A DNA stretch of 64,000 nucleotides from Heterodontus francisci. Taxonomy: Eukaryota. This document shows, in pieces, positions 35,501 through 50,500 of the stretch (its first letter is position 1; every line of letters begins with the position of its first letter). The notes beneath the pieces were generated by a model. That model had not been told where the DNA came from and ran no database searches. It saw nothing but the letters and a program-made list of their open reading frames with translations. Made by a program: the position numbers and the translations under genes. The DNA lies in the NCBI RefSeq assembly GCF_036365525.1, contig NC_090399.1, positions 50,190,430 through 50,254,429 of the forward strand. Direction: 5' to 3'.

Positions 35501-38500
35501 AGGGGTTCCTGTTTCGGATAGAAATGGGGGTTAGAGTCACAGTCCGATCAGAGGGGAAAGGGGATCCAGTATCAGATAGAAATGGGGGTTAAAGTCACAG
35601 TCTGATCAGGGGGGAAACGGGATCCAGGAGCCGATAGAAATGGGGGTTAGAGTCACAGTCTGATCAGAGGGGAAAGGGGATCCAGTATCAGATAGAAATG
35701 TGGGTTAAAGTCACAGTCTGATCAGAGGGGAGAGGGGATCCAGTATCAGATAGAAATGGGGGTTCGAGTCACAGTCTGATCAGAGGGGAAAGGGGATCTG
35801 GTATCAGATAGAAATGGGGATTAGAGTCACAGTCTGATCAGAGGGGAAAGGGGATCTGGTATCAGGTAGAAATGGGGGTTCGTGTCACAGTCCGATCAGA
35901 GGTGAAATGGGATCCAGTATCAGATAGAAATGGGGGGGTTAGTGTCACAGTCCGATCAGAGGGGAAATGGGATCCAGTATCAGATAGAAATGGGGGGGTT
36001 AGTGTCACAATCTGATCAGAGGGGAAAGGGGATCCAGTATCAGATAGAAATGGATGTTAGGGTCACAGTCCGATGAGAGGGGAAAGGGGGTCCAGTATCA
36101 GATAGAAATGGGGATTCGAGTCACAGTCTGTTCAGAGGGGAAAGGGGATCAAGTATCACATAGAAATCGGGGGTTTGAGTCACAGTCTGCTCAGAGGGGA
36201 AAGGGGATTGAGTATTAGATAGAAAATGAGGGTTAGAGTCACAGTCCGATCAGAGGGGAAATGGGATTGAGTATTAGATAGAAATGGGGGGTGAGAGTCA
36301 AAGTCTGATCAGAGGGGAAAGGGGATCCAGTATCAGGTAGAAATGGGTGGTTAGAGTCAAAGTCTGATCAGAGGGGAAAGGGGATCGAGTATTAGATAGA
36401 AATGGGGGGTTAGAGTCACAGTCTGATCAGAGGGGAAAGGGGATCCAGTATCAGGTAGAAATGGGTGGTTAGAGTCAAAGTCTGATCAGAGGGGAAAGGG
36501 GATCGAGTATCAGATTGAAATGGGGGTTAGAGTCGCCGTCCGATCAGAAGGGAAAGGGGATCCAGTATCAGGGAGAAATGGGTGGTTAGAGTCAAAGTCT
36601 GATCAGAGGGGAAAGGGGATCCAGTATCAGATAGAAATGGGGGTTAGAGTCACAGACTGATCAGAGGGGAAAGGAGATCCAGTATCAGATAGAAATGGGG
36701 GTTAGTGTCACAGTCTGATGAGAACGGAAAGGGGATCCTGTATCAGATAGAAATGGGTGGTTAGAGTCACAGTCTGAACAGAGGGGAAAGTGGATCCAGT
36801 ATCAGATAGAAATTGGGGTTAGAGTCACAGTCTGAACAGAGGGGAAAGTGGATCCAGTATCAGATAGAAATGGGGGTTAGAGTCACAATCTGATCAGAGG
36901 GGAAAGGGGATCAAGTATCACATAGAAATCGGGGTTTCGAGTCACAGTCTGATCAGAGGGGATAGGGGATCCAGTATCAGATCGAAATGGGGGGTTAGAG
37001 TCACAATCTGATCAGAGGGGAAAGGGGATCAAGTATCACATAGAAATCGGGGTTTCGAGTCACAGTCTGATCAGAGGGGATAGGGGATCCAGTATCAGAT
37101 AGAAATGGGGGGTTAGAGTCACAGTCTGATCAGAGGGGAAATGGGATCCTGTATCAGATAGAAATGGGGGTTAGAGTCACAGTCTGATCAGAGGGGAAAG
37201 GGGATCCAGTATCAGATAGAAATGGGGGTTAGAGTCACAGTCTGATCAGAGGGGAAAGGGGATCTGGTATCAGGTAGAAATGGGGGTTCGTGTCACAGTC
37301 CGATCAGAGGGGAAATGGGATCTGGTATCAGGTAGAAATGGGGGTTCGTGTCACAGTCTGATCAGAGGGGAAAGGGGATCTGGTATCAGATAGAAATGGG
37401 GATTAGAGTCACAGTCTGATCAGAGGGGAAAGAGGATCTGGTATCAGGTAGAAATTGGGGTTCGTGTCACAGTCCGATCAGAGGGGAAATGGGATCTGGT
37501 ATCAGGTAGAAATGGGGGTTCGTGCCACAGTCTGAACAGAGGGGAAAGGGGTTCCAGTTTCAGATAGAAATGGGGGTTCGAGTCACAGTCTGATCAGAGG
37601 GGAAAGGGGATCCAGTATCAGATAGAAATGGGGGGTTGGAGTCACAGTCCCATCAGGGGGGAAAGGGGATCCAGTAGCAGATAGAAATGGGGATTAGAGT
37701 CACAGTCTGATCAGAGGGGAAAGAGGATCTGGTATCAGGTAGAAATTGGGGTTCGTGTCACAGTCCGATCAGAGGGGAAAGGAGATCCTGTATCAGATAG
37801 AAATGGGGGTTAGAGTCACAGTGGGATCAGGGGGGAAAGGGGATCCAGTATCAGATAGAAATGGGGGGTTGGAGTCACAGTCTGATCAGAGGGGAAAGGG
37901 GATCCAGTATCAGATAGAAATGGGGGTTGGAGTCACAGTCCGATCAGGGGGGAAAGGGGATCCAGTAGCAGATAGAAATGGGGGGTAGAGTCACAGTCTG
38001 ATCAGGGGGGAAAGGGGATCCAGTATCAGATAGAACTGGGGGTTAGAGTCACAGTCTGATCAGAGGGGAAAGGGGATCCAGTATCAGATAGAAATGGGGG
38101 TTAGAGTCACAGTCTGATCAGAGGGGAAAGGGGATCTGTTATCAGGTAGAAATGGGGGTTCGTGTCACAGTCTGATCAGAGGGGAAATGGGATCTGGTAT
38201 CAGGTAGAAATGGGGGTTCGTGTCACAGTCTGAACAGAGGGGAAAGGGGTTCCAGTTTCAGATAGAAATGGGGGTTCGAGTCACAGTCTGATCAGAGGGG
38301 AAAGGGGATCCAGTATCAGATAGAAATGGAGGGTTGGAGTCACAGTCCGATCAGGGGGGAAAGGGGATCCAGTAGCAGATAGAAATGGGGATTAGAGTCA
38401 CAGTCTGATCAGAGGGGAAAGAGGATCTGGTATCAGGTAGAAATTGGGGTTCGTGTCACAGTCCGATCAGAGGGGAAAGGACATCCTGTATCAGATAGAA

Positions 38501-41500
38501 ATGAGGGTTAGAGTCACAGTGGGATCAGGGGGGAAAGGGGATCCAGTATCAGATAGAAATGGGGGGTTGGAGTCACAGTCTGATCAGAGGGGAAAGGGGA
38601 TCCAGTATCAGATAGAAATGGGGGTTTGGAGTCACAGTCCGATCAGGGGGGAAAGGGGATCCAGTAGCAGATAGAAATGGGGGGTAGAGTCACAGTCTGA
38701 TCAGCGGGGAAAGGGGATCCTGTATCAGATAGAAATGGGTGTTAGAGTCACAGTATGATCAGAGGGGAAAGGGGATCCAGTATCAGATAGAAATGGGGGT
38801 TAGAGTCACAGTCTGATCAGAGGGGAAAGGGGATCCTGTATCAGATAGAAATGGGGGTCAGAGTCACAGAATGATCAGGGGGGAAAGGGGATCCAGTATC
38901 AGATAGCAATGGGGGTTACAGTCACAGTCTGATCAAAGGGGAAAGGGGATACTTTATCAGATAGAAATTGGGGTTGGAGTCACAGTCTGATCAGAGGGGA
39001 AAGGGGATCGAGTATCAGATAGAAATGGGGGTTAGAGTCACAGTCTGATCAGAGTGGAAAAAGGATCCTGTATCAGATAGAAATGGGGGTTAGAGTCACA
39101 GTCTGATCAGTGGGGAAAGGGGATCCGGTATCGGATAGAAATGGGTTTAGACTCACAGTCTGATCAGAGGGGAAAGGGGATCCATATCAGATAGAAATGG
39201 GGGGTTGGAGTCACAGTCCGATCAGGGGGGAGAGGGGATCCAGTAGCAGATAGAAATGGGGGGTTAGAGTCACAGTCTGATCAGAGGGGAAAGGGGATCC
39301 AGTAGCAGATAGAAATGGGGGGTTAGAGTCACAGTCTGATCAGAGGGGAAAGAGGATCTGGTATCAGGTAGAAATTGGGGTTCGTGTCACAGTCCGATCA
39401 GAGGGGAAAGGAGATCCTGTATCAGATAGAAATGGGGGTTAGAGTCACAGTGGGATCAGGGGGGAAAGGGGATCCAGTATCAGATAGAAATGGGGGGTTG
39501 GAGTCACAGTCTGATCAGAGGGGAAAGGGGATCCAGTATCAGATAGAAATGGGGGGTTGGAGTCACAGTCCGATCAGGGGGGAAAGGGGATCCAGTAGCA
39601 GATAGAAATGGGGGGTAGAGTCACAGTCTGATCAGCGGGGAAAGGGGATCCTGTATCAGATAGAAATGGGGGTTAGAGTCACAGTATGATCAGAGGGGAA
39701 AGGGGATCCAGTATCAGATAGAAATGGGGGTTAGAGTCACAGTCTGATCAGAGGGGAAAGGGGATCCTGTATCAGATAGAAATGGGGGTTAGAGTCACAG
39801 AATGATCAGGGGGGAAAGGGGATCCAGTATCAGATAGCAATGGGGGTTACAGTCACAGTCTGATCAGAGGGGAAAGGGGATACTTTATCAGATAGAAATT
39901 GGGGTTGGAGTCACAGTCTGATCAGAGGGGAAAGGGGATCGAGTATCAGATAGAAATGGGGGTTAGAGTCACAGTCTGATCAGAGGGGAAAAAGGATCCT
40001 GTATCAGATAGAAATGGGGGTTAGAGTCACAGTCTGATCAGGGGGGAAAGGGGATCCTGTATCGGATAGAAATGGGTTTAGACTCACAGTCCGATCAGAG
40101 GGGAAAGGGGATCCAGTATGAGATAGAAATGGGGGGTTGGAGTCACAGTCTGATCAGAGGGGAAAGGGTATCCATATCAGATAGAAATGGGGGGTTGGAG
40201 TCACAGTCCGATCAGGGGGGAAAGGGGATCCAGTAGCAGATAGAAATGGGGGCTAGAGTCACAGTCTGATCAGAGGGGAAAGGGGATCCAGTAGCAGATA
40301 GAAATGGGGGGTTAGAGTCACAGTCTGATCAGGGCGGAAAGGGGATCCAGTATCAGATAGAAATGGGGGTTAGAGTCACAGTCTGATCAGAGGGGAAAGG
40401 GGATCCAGTATCAGATAGAAATGGGGGTTAGAGTCAGAGTCTGATCAGAGGGGAAAGGGGATCTGTTATCAGGTAGAAATGGGGGTTCGTGTCACAGTCC
40501 GATCAGAGGGGAAATGGGATCTGGTATCAGGTAGAAATGGGGGTTCGTGTCACAGTCTGAACAGAGGGGAAAGGGGTTCCAGTTTCAGATAGAAATGGGG
40601 GTTCGAGTCACAGTCTGATCAGAGGGGAAAGGGGATCCAGTATCAGATAGAAATGGAGGGTTGGAGTCACAGTCCGATCAGGGGGGAAAGGGGATCCAGT
40701 AGCAGATAGAAATGGGGATTAGAGTCACAGTCTGATCAGAGGGGAAAGAGGATCTGGTATCAGGTAGAAATTGGGGTTCGTGTCACAGTCCGATCAGAGG
40801 GGAAAGGACATCCTGTATCAGATAGAAATGAGGGTTAGAGTCACAGTGGGATCAGGGGGGAAAGGGGATCCAGTATCAGATAGAAATGGGGGGTTGGAGT
40901 CACAGTCTGATCAGAGGGGAAAGGGGATCCAGTATCAGATAGAAATGGGGGGTTGGAGTCACAGTCCGATCAGGGGGGAAAGGGGATCCAGTAGCAGATA
41001 GAAATGGGGGGTAGAGTCACAGTCTGATCAGCGGGGAAAGGGGATCCTGTATCAGATAGAAATGGGTGTTAGAGTCACAGTATGATCAGAGGGGAAAGGG
41101 GATCCAGTATCAGATAGAAATGGGGGTTAGAGTCACAGTCTGATCAGAGGGGAAAGGGGATCCTGTATCAGATAGAAATGGGGGTCAGAGTCACAGAATG
41201 ATCAGGGGGGAAAGGGGATCCAGTATCAGATAGCAATGGGGGTTACAGTCACAGTCTGATCAAAGGGGAAAGGGGATACTTTATCAGATAGAAATTGGGG
41301 TTGGAGTCACAGTCTGATCAGAGGGGAAAGGGGATCGAGTATCAGATAGAAATGGGGGTTAGAGTCACAGTCTGATCAGAGTGGAAAAAGGATCCTGTAT
41401 CAGATAGAAATGGGGGTTAGAGTCACAGTCTGATCAGTGGGGAAAGGGGATCCGGTATCGGATAGAAATGGGTTTAGACTCACAGTCTGATCAGAGGGGA

Positions 41501-44500
41501 AAGGGGATCCATATCAGATAGAAATGGGGGGTTGGAGTCACAGTCCGATCAGGGGGGAGAGGGGATCCAGTAGCAGATAGAAATGGGGGGTTAGAGTCAC
41601 AGTCTGATCAGAGGGGAAAGGGGATCCAGTAGCAGATAGAAATGGGGGGTTAGAGTCACAGTCTGATCAGAGGGGAAAGGGGATTCATATCAGATAGAAA
41701 TGGGGGGTTGGTGTCACAGTCCGATCAGGGGGGAAAGGGGATCCAGTATCAGATAGAAATGGGGGTTAGAGTCACAGACTGATCAGGGGGGAAAGGGGAT
41801 CCTGTATCAGATAGAAATGGGGGTTAGAGTCACAGTCTGATCAGAGGGGAAAGGGGATCCAGTATCAGATAGAAATGGGGGGTGAGAGTCACAGTCTGAG
41901 CAGGGAGGAAAGGGGATCCTGTATCAGATAGAAATGGGGGGTTAGAGTCACAGTCCGATCAGGGGGGAAAGGGGATCCAGTAGCAGATAGAAATGGGGGT
42001 TAGAGTCACAGACTGATCAGAGGGGAAAGGGGATCCAGTATCAGATAGAAATGGGGGGTTAGAGTCACAGTCTGATCAGGGGGGAAAGGGGATCCTGTAT
42101 CAGATAGAAATGGGGGTTAGAGTCACAGTCTGATCAGAGGGGAAAGGGGATCCTGTATCAGATAGAAATGGGGGTTAGAGTCACAGTCTGATCAGAGGGG
42201 AAAGGGGATACTTTATCAGATAGAAATGGGGGGTTGGAATCACAGAATGATCAGAGGGGAAAGGGGTCCAGTTTCAGATAGAAATGGGGGGTTGGAGTCA
42301 CAGTCTGATCAGAGGGGAAAGGGGATCTAGTATGAGATAGAAATGGGGGTTCGAGACACAATCTGATCAGAGGGGAAAAAAGATCCCGTATCAGATAGAA
42401 ATGGGGGTTAGAGTCACAGTCTGATCAGGGGGGAAAGGGGTTCCTGTTTCGGATAGAAATGGGGGTTAGAGTCACAGTCCGATCAGAGGGGAAAGGGGAT
42501 CCAGTATCAGATAGAAATGGGGGTTACAGTCACAGTCTGATCAGGGGGGGAAACGGGATCCAGTATCCGATAGAAATGGGGGTTAGAGTCACAGTCTGAT
42601 CAGAGGGGAAAGGGGATCCAGTATCAGATAGAAATGTGGGTTAAAGTCACAGTCTGATCAGAGGGGAGAGGGGATCCAGTATCAGATAGAAATGGGGGTT
42701 CGAGTCACAGTCTGATCAGAGGGGAAAGGGGATCTGGTATCAGATAGAAATGGGGATTAGAGTCACAGTCTGATCAGAGGGGAAAGGGGATCTGGTATCA
42801 GGTAGAAATGGGGGTTCGTGTCACAGTCCGATCAGAGGTGAAATGGGATCCAGTATCAGATAGAAATGGGGGGGTTAGTGTCACAATCTGATCAGAGGGG
42901 AAAGGGGATCCAGTATCAGATAGAAATGGATGTTAGGGTCACAGTCCGATGAGAGGGGAAAGGGGGTCCAGTATCAGATAGAAATGGGGATTCGAGTCAC
43001 AGTCTGTTCAGAGGGGAAAGGGGATCAAGTATCACATAGAAATCGGGGGTTTGAGTCACAGTCTGCTCAGAGGGGAAAGGGGATTGAGTATCAGATAGAA
43101 AATGAGGGTTAGAGTCACAGTCCGATCAGAGGGGAAATGGGATTGAGTATTAGATAGAAATGGGGGGTGAGAGTCAAAGTCTGATCAGAGGGGAAAGGGG
43201 ATCCAGTATCAGGTAGAAATGGGTGGTTAGAGTCAAAGTCTGATCAGAGGGGAAAGGGGATCGAGTATTAGATAGAAATGGGGGGTTAGAGTCACAGTCT
43301 GATCAGAGGGGAAAGGGGATCCAGTATCAGGTAGAAATGGGTGGTTAGAGTCAAAGTCTGATCAGAGGGGAAAGGGGATCGAGTATCAGATTGAAATGGG
43401 GGTTAGAGTCGCCGTCCGATCAGAAGGGAAAGGGGATCCAGTATCAGGTAGAAATGGGTGGTTAGAGTCAAAGTCTGATCAGAGGGGAAAGGGGATCCAG
43501 TATCAGATAGAAATGGGGGTTAGTGTCACAGTCTGATGAGAACAGAAAGGGGATCGAGTATCAGATAGAAATGGGGGTTGAAGTCACAGTCTGATCAGAG
43601 GGGAAAGGTGACTGAGTATCAGATAGAAATGGGGGGTTAGAGTCACAGTCTGATCAGAGGGGAAAGGGGATCCAGTATCAGATAGAAATGGGGGTTAGAG
43701 TCACAGACTGATGAGAGGGGAAAGGGGACTGAGTATCAGATAGAAATGGGGGGTTAGAGTCACAGTCTGATCAGAGGGGAAATGGGATCCAGTGTCAGAT
43801 AGAAATGGGGGTCAGAGTCACAGTCTGATCAGAGGGGAAAGGGGATCCAGTATCAGATAGAAATGGAGGTTACAGTCACAGTCTGATCAGAGGGGAAAGG
43901 GGATCTGGTATCTGATAGAAATGGGGGTTCGTGTCACAGTCTGATCAGAGGGGAAAGGGGAAACAGTATCAGATAGAAATTGGGGTTAGAGTCACAGTCT
44001 GAACAGAGGGGAAAGTGGATCCAGTATCAGATAGAAATTGGGGTTAGAGTCACAGTCTGAACAGAGGGGAAAGTGGATCCAGTATCAGATAGAAATGGGG
44101 GTTAGAGTCACAATCTGATCAGAGGGGAAAGGGGATCAAGTATCACATAGAAATCGGGGTTTCGAGTCACAGTCTGATCAGAGCGGATAGGGGATCCAGT
44201 ATCAGATCGAAATGGGGGGTTAGAGTCACAATCTGATCAGAGGGGAAAGGGGATCAAGTATCACATAGAAATCGGGGTTTCGAGTCACAGTCTGATCAGA
44301 GGGGATAGGGGATCCTGTATCAGATAGAAATGGGGGGTTAGAGTCACAGTCTGATCAGAGGGGAAATGGGATCCTGTATCAGATAGAAATGGGGGTTAGA
44401 GTCACAGTCTGATCAGAGGGGAAAGGGGATCCAGTATCAGATAGAAATGGGGGTTAGAGTCACAGTCTGATCAGAGGGGAAAGGGGATCTGGTATCAGGT

Positions 44501-47500
44501 AGAAATGGGGGTTCGTGTCACAGTCCGATCAGAGGGGAAATGGGATCTGGTATCAGGTAGAAATGGGGGTTCGTGTCACAGTCTGATCAGAGGGGAAAGG
44601 GGATCTGGTATCAGATAGAAATGGGGATTAGAGTCACAGTCTGATCAGAGGGGAAAGAGGATCTGGTATCAGGTAGAAATTGGGGTTCGTGTCACAGTCC
44701 GATCAGAGGGGAAATGGGATCTGGTATCAGGTAGAAATGGGGATTCGTGTCACAGTCTGAACAGAGGGGAAAGGGGTTCCAGTTTCAGATAGAAATGGGG
44801 GTTCGAGTCACAGTCTGATCAGAGGGGAAAGGGGATCCAGTATCAGATAGAAATGGGGGGTTGGAGTCACAGTCCGATCAGGGGGGAAAGGGGATCCAGT
44901 AGCAGATAGAAATGGGGATTAGAGTCACAGTCTGATCAGAGGGGAAAGAGGATCTGGTATCAGGTAGAAATTGGGGTTCGTGTCACAGTCCGATCAGAGG
45001 GGAAAGGAGATCCTGTATCAGATAGAAATGGGGGTTAGAGTCACAGTGGGATCAGGGGGGAAAGGGGATCCAGTATCAGATAGAAATGGGGGGTTGGAGT
45101 CACAGTCTGATCAGAGGGGAAAGGGGATCCAGTATCAGATAGAAATGGGGGGTTGGAGTCACAGTCCGATCAGGGGGGAAAGGGGATCCAGTAGCAGATA
45201 GAAATGGGGGGCAGAGTCACAGTCTGATCAGCGGGGAAAGGGGATCCTGTATCAGAGAGAAATGGGGGTTAGAGTCACAGTATGATCAGAGGGGAAAGGG
45301 GATCCAGTATCAGATAGAAATGGGGGTTAGAGTCACAGTCTGATCAGAGGGGAAAGGGGATCCTGTATCAGATAGAAATGGGGGTTAGAGTCACAGAATG
45401 ATCAGGGGGGAAAGGGGATCCAGTATCAAATAGCAATGGGGGTTACAGTCACAGTCTGATCCAAGGGGAAAGGGGATACATTATCAGATAGAAATTGGGG
45501 TTGGAGTCACAGTCTGATCAGAGGGGAAAGGGGATCGAGTATCAGATAGAAATGGGGGTTAGAGTCACAGTCTGATCAGAGGGGAAAAAGGATCCTGTAT
45601 CAGATAGAAATGGGGGTTAGAGTCACAGTCTGATCAGGGGGGAAAGGGGATCCTGTATCGGATAGAAATGGGTTTAGACTCACAGTCCGATCAGAGGGGA
45701 AAGGGGATCCAGTATGAGATAGAAATGGGGGGTTGGAGTCACAGTCTGATCAGAGGGGAAAGGGGATCCATATCAGATAGAAATGGGGGGTTGGAGTCAC
45801 AGTCCGATCAGGGGGGAAAGGGGATCCAGTAGCAGATAGAAATGGGGGGTTAGAGTCACAGTCTGATCAGAGGGGAAAGGGGATCCAGTAGCAGATAGAA
45901 ATGGGGGGTTAGAGTCACAGTCTGATCAGGGGGGAAAGGGGATCCAGTATCAGATAGAAATGGGGGGTTAGAGTCACAGTCTGATCAGAGGGGAAAGGGG
46001 ATCCATATCAGATAGAAATGGGGGGTTGGAGTCACAGTCCGATCAGGGGGGAAAGGGGATCCAGTATCAGATAGAAATGGGGGTTAGAGTCACAGACTGA
46101 TCAGGGGGGAAAGGGGATCCTGTATCAGATAGAAATGGGGGTTAGAGTCACAGTCTGATCAGAGGGGAAAGGGGATCCAGTATCAGATAGAAATGGGGGG
46201 TTAGAGTCACAGTCTGATCAGGGGGGAAAGGGGATCCAGTAGCAGATAGAAATGGGGGTTAGAGTCACAGACTGATCAGAGGGGAAAGGGGATCCAGTAT
46301 CAGATAGAAATGGGGGGTTAGAGTCACAGTCTGATCAGGGGGGAAAGGGGATCCTCTATCAGATAGAAATGGGGGTTAGAGTCACAGTCTGATCAGAGGG
46401 GAAAGGGGATCCTGTATCAGATAGAAATGGGGGTTAGAGTCACAGTCTGATCAGAGGGGAAAGGGGATACTTTATCAGATAGAAATGGGGGGTTGGAATC
46501 ACAGAATGATCAGAGGGGAAAGGGGTCCAGTTTCAGATAGAAATGGGGTGTTGGAGTCACAGTCTGATCAGAGGGGAAAGGGGATCTAGTATGAGATAGA
46601 AATGGGGGTTCGAGACACAATCTGATCAGAGGGGAAAAAAGATCCCGTATCAGATAGAAATGGGGGTTAGAGTCACAGTCTGATCAGGGGGGAAAGGGGT
46701 TCCTGTTTCGGATAGAAATAGGGGTTAGAGTCACAGTCCGATCAGACGGGAAAGGGGATCCAGTATCAGATAGAAATGGGGGTTAAAGTCACAGTCTGAT
46801 CAGGGGGGAAACGGGATCCAGTATCCGATAGAAATGGGGGTTAGAGTCACAGTCTGATCAGAGGGGAAAGGGGATCCAGTATCAGATAGAAATGTGGGTT
46901 AAAGTCACAGTCTGATCAGAGGGGAGAGGGGATCCAGTATCAGATAGAAATGGGGGTTCGAGTCACAGTCTGATCAGAGGGGAAAGGGGATCTGGTATCA
47001 GATAGAAATGGGGATTAGAGTCACAGTCTGATCAGAGGGGAAAGGGGATCTGGTATCAGGTAGAAATGGGGGTTCGTGTCACAGTCCGATCAGAGGTGAA
47101 ATGGGATCAAGTATCAGATAGAAATGGGGGGGTTAGTGTCACAGTCCGATCAGAGGGGAAATGGGATCCAGTATCAGATAGAAATGGGGGGGTTCGTGTC
47201 ACAATCTGATCAGAGGGGAAAGGGGATCCAGTATCAGATAGAAATGGATGTTAGGGTCACAGTCCGATGAGAGGGGAAAGGGGGTCCAGTATCAGATAGA
47301 AATGGGGATTCGAGTCACAGTCTGATCAGAGGGGAAAGGGGATCAAGTATCACATAGAAATCGGGGTTTCAAGTCACAGTCTGCTCAGAGGGGAAAGGGG
47401 ATCCAGTATCAGATAGAAATGGGGGGTTAGAGTCACAGTCTGATCAGAGGGGAAATGGGATCCTGTATCAGATAGAAATGGGGGTTAGAGTCACAGTCTG

Positions 47501-50500
47501 ATCAGAGGGGAAAGGGGATCCAGTATCAGATAGAAATGGGGGTTAGAGTCACAGTCTGATCAGAGGGGAAAGGGGATCTGGTATCAGGTAGAAATGGGGG
47601 TTCGTGTCACAGTCCGATCAGAGGGGAAATGGGATCTGGTATCAGATAGAAATGGGGATTAGAGTCACAGTCTGATCAGAGGGGAAAGAGGATCTGGTAT
47701 CAGGTAGAAATTGGGGTTCGTGTCACAGTCCGATCAGAGGGGAAATGGGATCTGGTATCAGGTAGAAATGGGGGTTCGTGTCACAGTCTGAACAGAGGGG
47801 AAAGGGGTTCCAGTTTCAGATAGAAATGGGGGTTCGAGTCACAGTCTGATCAGAGGGGAAAGGGGATCCAGTATCAGATAGAAATGGGGGGTTGGAGTCA
47901 CAGTCCGATCAGGGGGGAAAGGGGATCCAGTAGCAGATAGAAATGGGGATTAGAGTCACAGTCTGATCAGAGGGGAAAGAGGATCTGGTATCAGGTAGAA
48001 ATTGGGGTTCGTGTCACAGTCCGATCAGAGGGGAAAGGAGATCCTGTATCAGATAGAAATGGGGGTTAGAGTCACAGTGGGATCAGGGGGGAAAGGGGAT
48101 CCAGTATCAGATAGAAATGGGGGGTTGGAGTCACAGTCTGATCAGAGGGGAAAGGGGATCCAGTATCAGATAGAAATGGGGGGTTGGAGTCACAGTCCGA
48201 TCAGGGGGGAAAGGGGATCCAGTAGCAGATAGAAATGGGGGGCAGAGTCACAGTCTGATCAGCGGGGAAAGGGGATCCTGTATCAGAGAGAAATGGGGGT
48301 TAGAGTCACAGTATGATCAGAGGGGAAAGGGGATCCAGTATCAGATAGAAATGGGGGTTAGAGTCACAGTCTGATCAGAGGGGAAAGGGGATCCTGTATC
48401 AGATAGAAATGGGGGTTAGAGTCACAGAATGATCAGGGGGGAAAGGGGATCCAGTATCAGATAGCAATGGGGGTTACAGTCACAGTCTGATCAAAGGGGA
48501 AAGGGGATACATTATCAGATAGAAATTGGGGTTGGAGTCACAGTCTGATCAGAGGGGAAAGGGGATCGAGTATCAGATAGAAATGGGGGTTAGAGTCACA
48601 GTCTGATCAGAGGGGAAAAAGGATCCTGTATCAGATAGAAATGGGGGTTAGAGTCACAGTCTGATCAGGGGGGAAAGGGGATCCTGTATCGGATAGAAAT
48701 GGGTTTAGACTCACAGTCCGATCAGAGGGGAAAGGGGATCCAGTATGAGATAGAAATGGGGGGTTGGAGTCACAGTCTGATCAGAGGGGAAAGGGGATCC
48801 ATATCAGATAGAAAAGGGGGGTTGGAGTCACAGTCCAATCAGGGGGGAAAGGGGATCCAGTAGCAGATAGAAATGGGGGGTTAGAGTCACAGTCTGATCA
48901 GAGGGGAAAGGGGATCCAGTAGCAGATAGAAATGGGGGGTTAGAGTCACAGTCTGATCAGGGGGGAAAGGGGATCCAGTATCAGATAGAAATGGGGGGTT
49001 AGAGTCACAGTCTGATCAGAGGGGAAAGGGGATCCATATCAGATAGAAATGGGGGGTTGGAGTCACAGTCCGATCAGGGGGAAAAGGGGATCCAGTATCA
49101 GATAGAAATGGGGGTTAGAGTCACAGACTGATCAGGGGGGAAAGGGGATCCTGTATCAGATAGAAATGGGGGTTAGAGTCACAGTCTGATCAGAGGGGAA
49201 AGGGGATCCAGTATCAGATAGAAATGGGGGGTTAGAGTCACAGTCTGATCAGGGGGGAAAGGGGATCCAGTAGCAGATAGAAATGGGGGTTAGAGTCACA
49301 GACTGATCAGAGGGGAAAGGGGATCCAGTATCAGATAGAAATGGGGGGTTAGAGTCACAGTCTGATCAGGGGGGAAAGGGGATCCTCTATCAGATAGAAA
49401 TGGGGGTTAGAGTCACAGTCTGATCAGAGGGGAAAGGGGATCCTGTATCAGATAGAAATGGGGGTTAGAGTCACAGTCTGATCAGAGGGGAAAGGGGATA
49501 CTTTATCAGATAGAAATGGGGGGTTGGAATCACAGAATGATCAGAGGGGAAAGGGGTCCAGTTTCAGATAGAAATGGGGTGTTGGAGTCACAGTCTGATC
49601 AGAGGGGAAAGGGGATCTAGTATGAGATAGAAATGGGGGTTCGAGACACAATCTGATCAGAGGGGAAAAAAGATCCCGTATCAGATAGAAATGGGGGTTA
49701 GAGTCACAGTCTGATCAGGGGGGAAAGGGGTTCCTGTTTCGGATAGAAATAGGGGTTAGAGTCACAGTCCGATCAGACGGGAAAGGGGATCCAGTATCAG
49801 ATAGAAATGGGGGTTAAAGTCACAGTCTGATCAGGGGGGAAACGGGATCCAGTATCCGATAGAAATGGGGGTTAGAGTCACAGTCTGATCAGAGGGGAAA
49901 GGGGATCCAGTATCAGATAGAAATGTGGGTTAAAGTCACAGTCTGATCAGAGGGGAGAGGGGATCCAGTATCAGATAGAAATGGGGGTTCGAGTCACAGT
50001 CTGATCAGAGGGGAAAGGGGATCTGGTATCAGATAGAAATGGGGATTAGAGTCACAGTCTGATCAGAGGGGAAAGGGGATCTGGTATCAGGTAGAAATGG
50101 GGGTTCGTGTCACAGTCCGATCAGAGGTGAAATGGGATCAAGTATCAGATAGAAATGGGGGGGTTAGTGTCACAGTCCGATCAGAGGGGAAATGGGATCC
50201 AGTATCAGATAGAAATGGGGGGGTTCGTGTCACAATCTGATCAGAGGGGAAAGGGGATCCAGTATCAGATAGAAATGGATGTTAGGGTCACAGTCCGATG
50301 AGAGGGGAAAGGGGGTCCAGTATCAGATAGAAATGGGGATTCGAGTCACAGTCTGTTCAGAGGGGAAAGGGGATCAAGTATCACATAGAAATCGGGGTTT
50401 CAAGTCACAGTCTGCTCAGAGGGGAAAGGGGATCCAGTATCAGATAGAAATGGGGGGTTAGAGTCACAGTCTGATCAGAGGGGAAATGGGATCCTGTATC

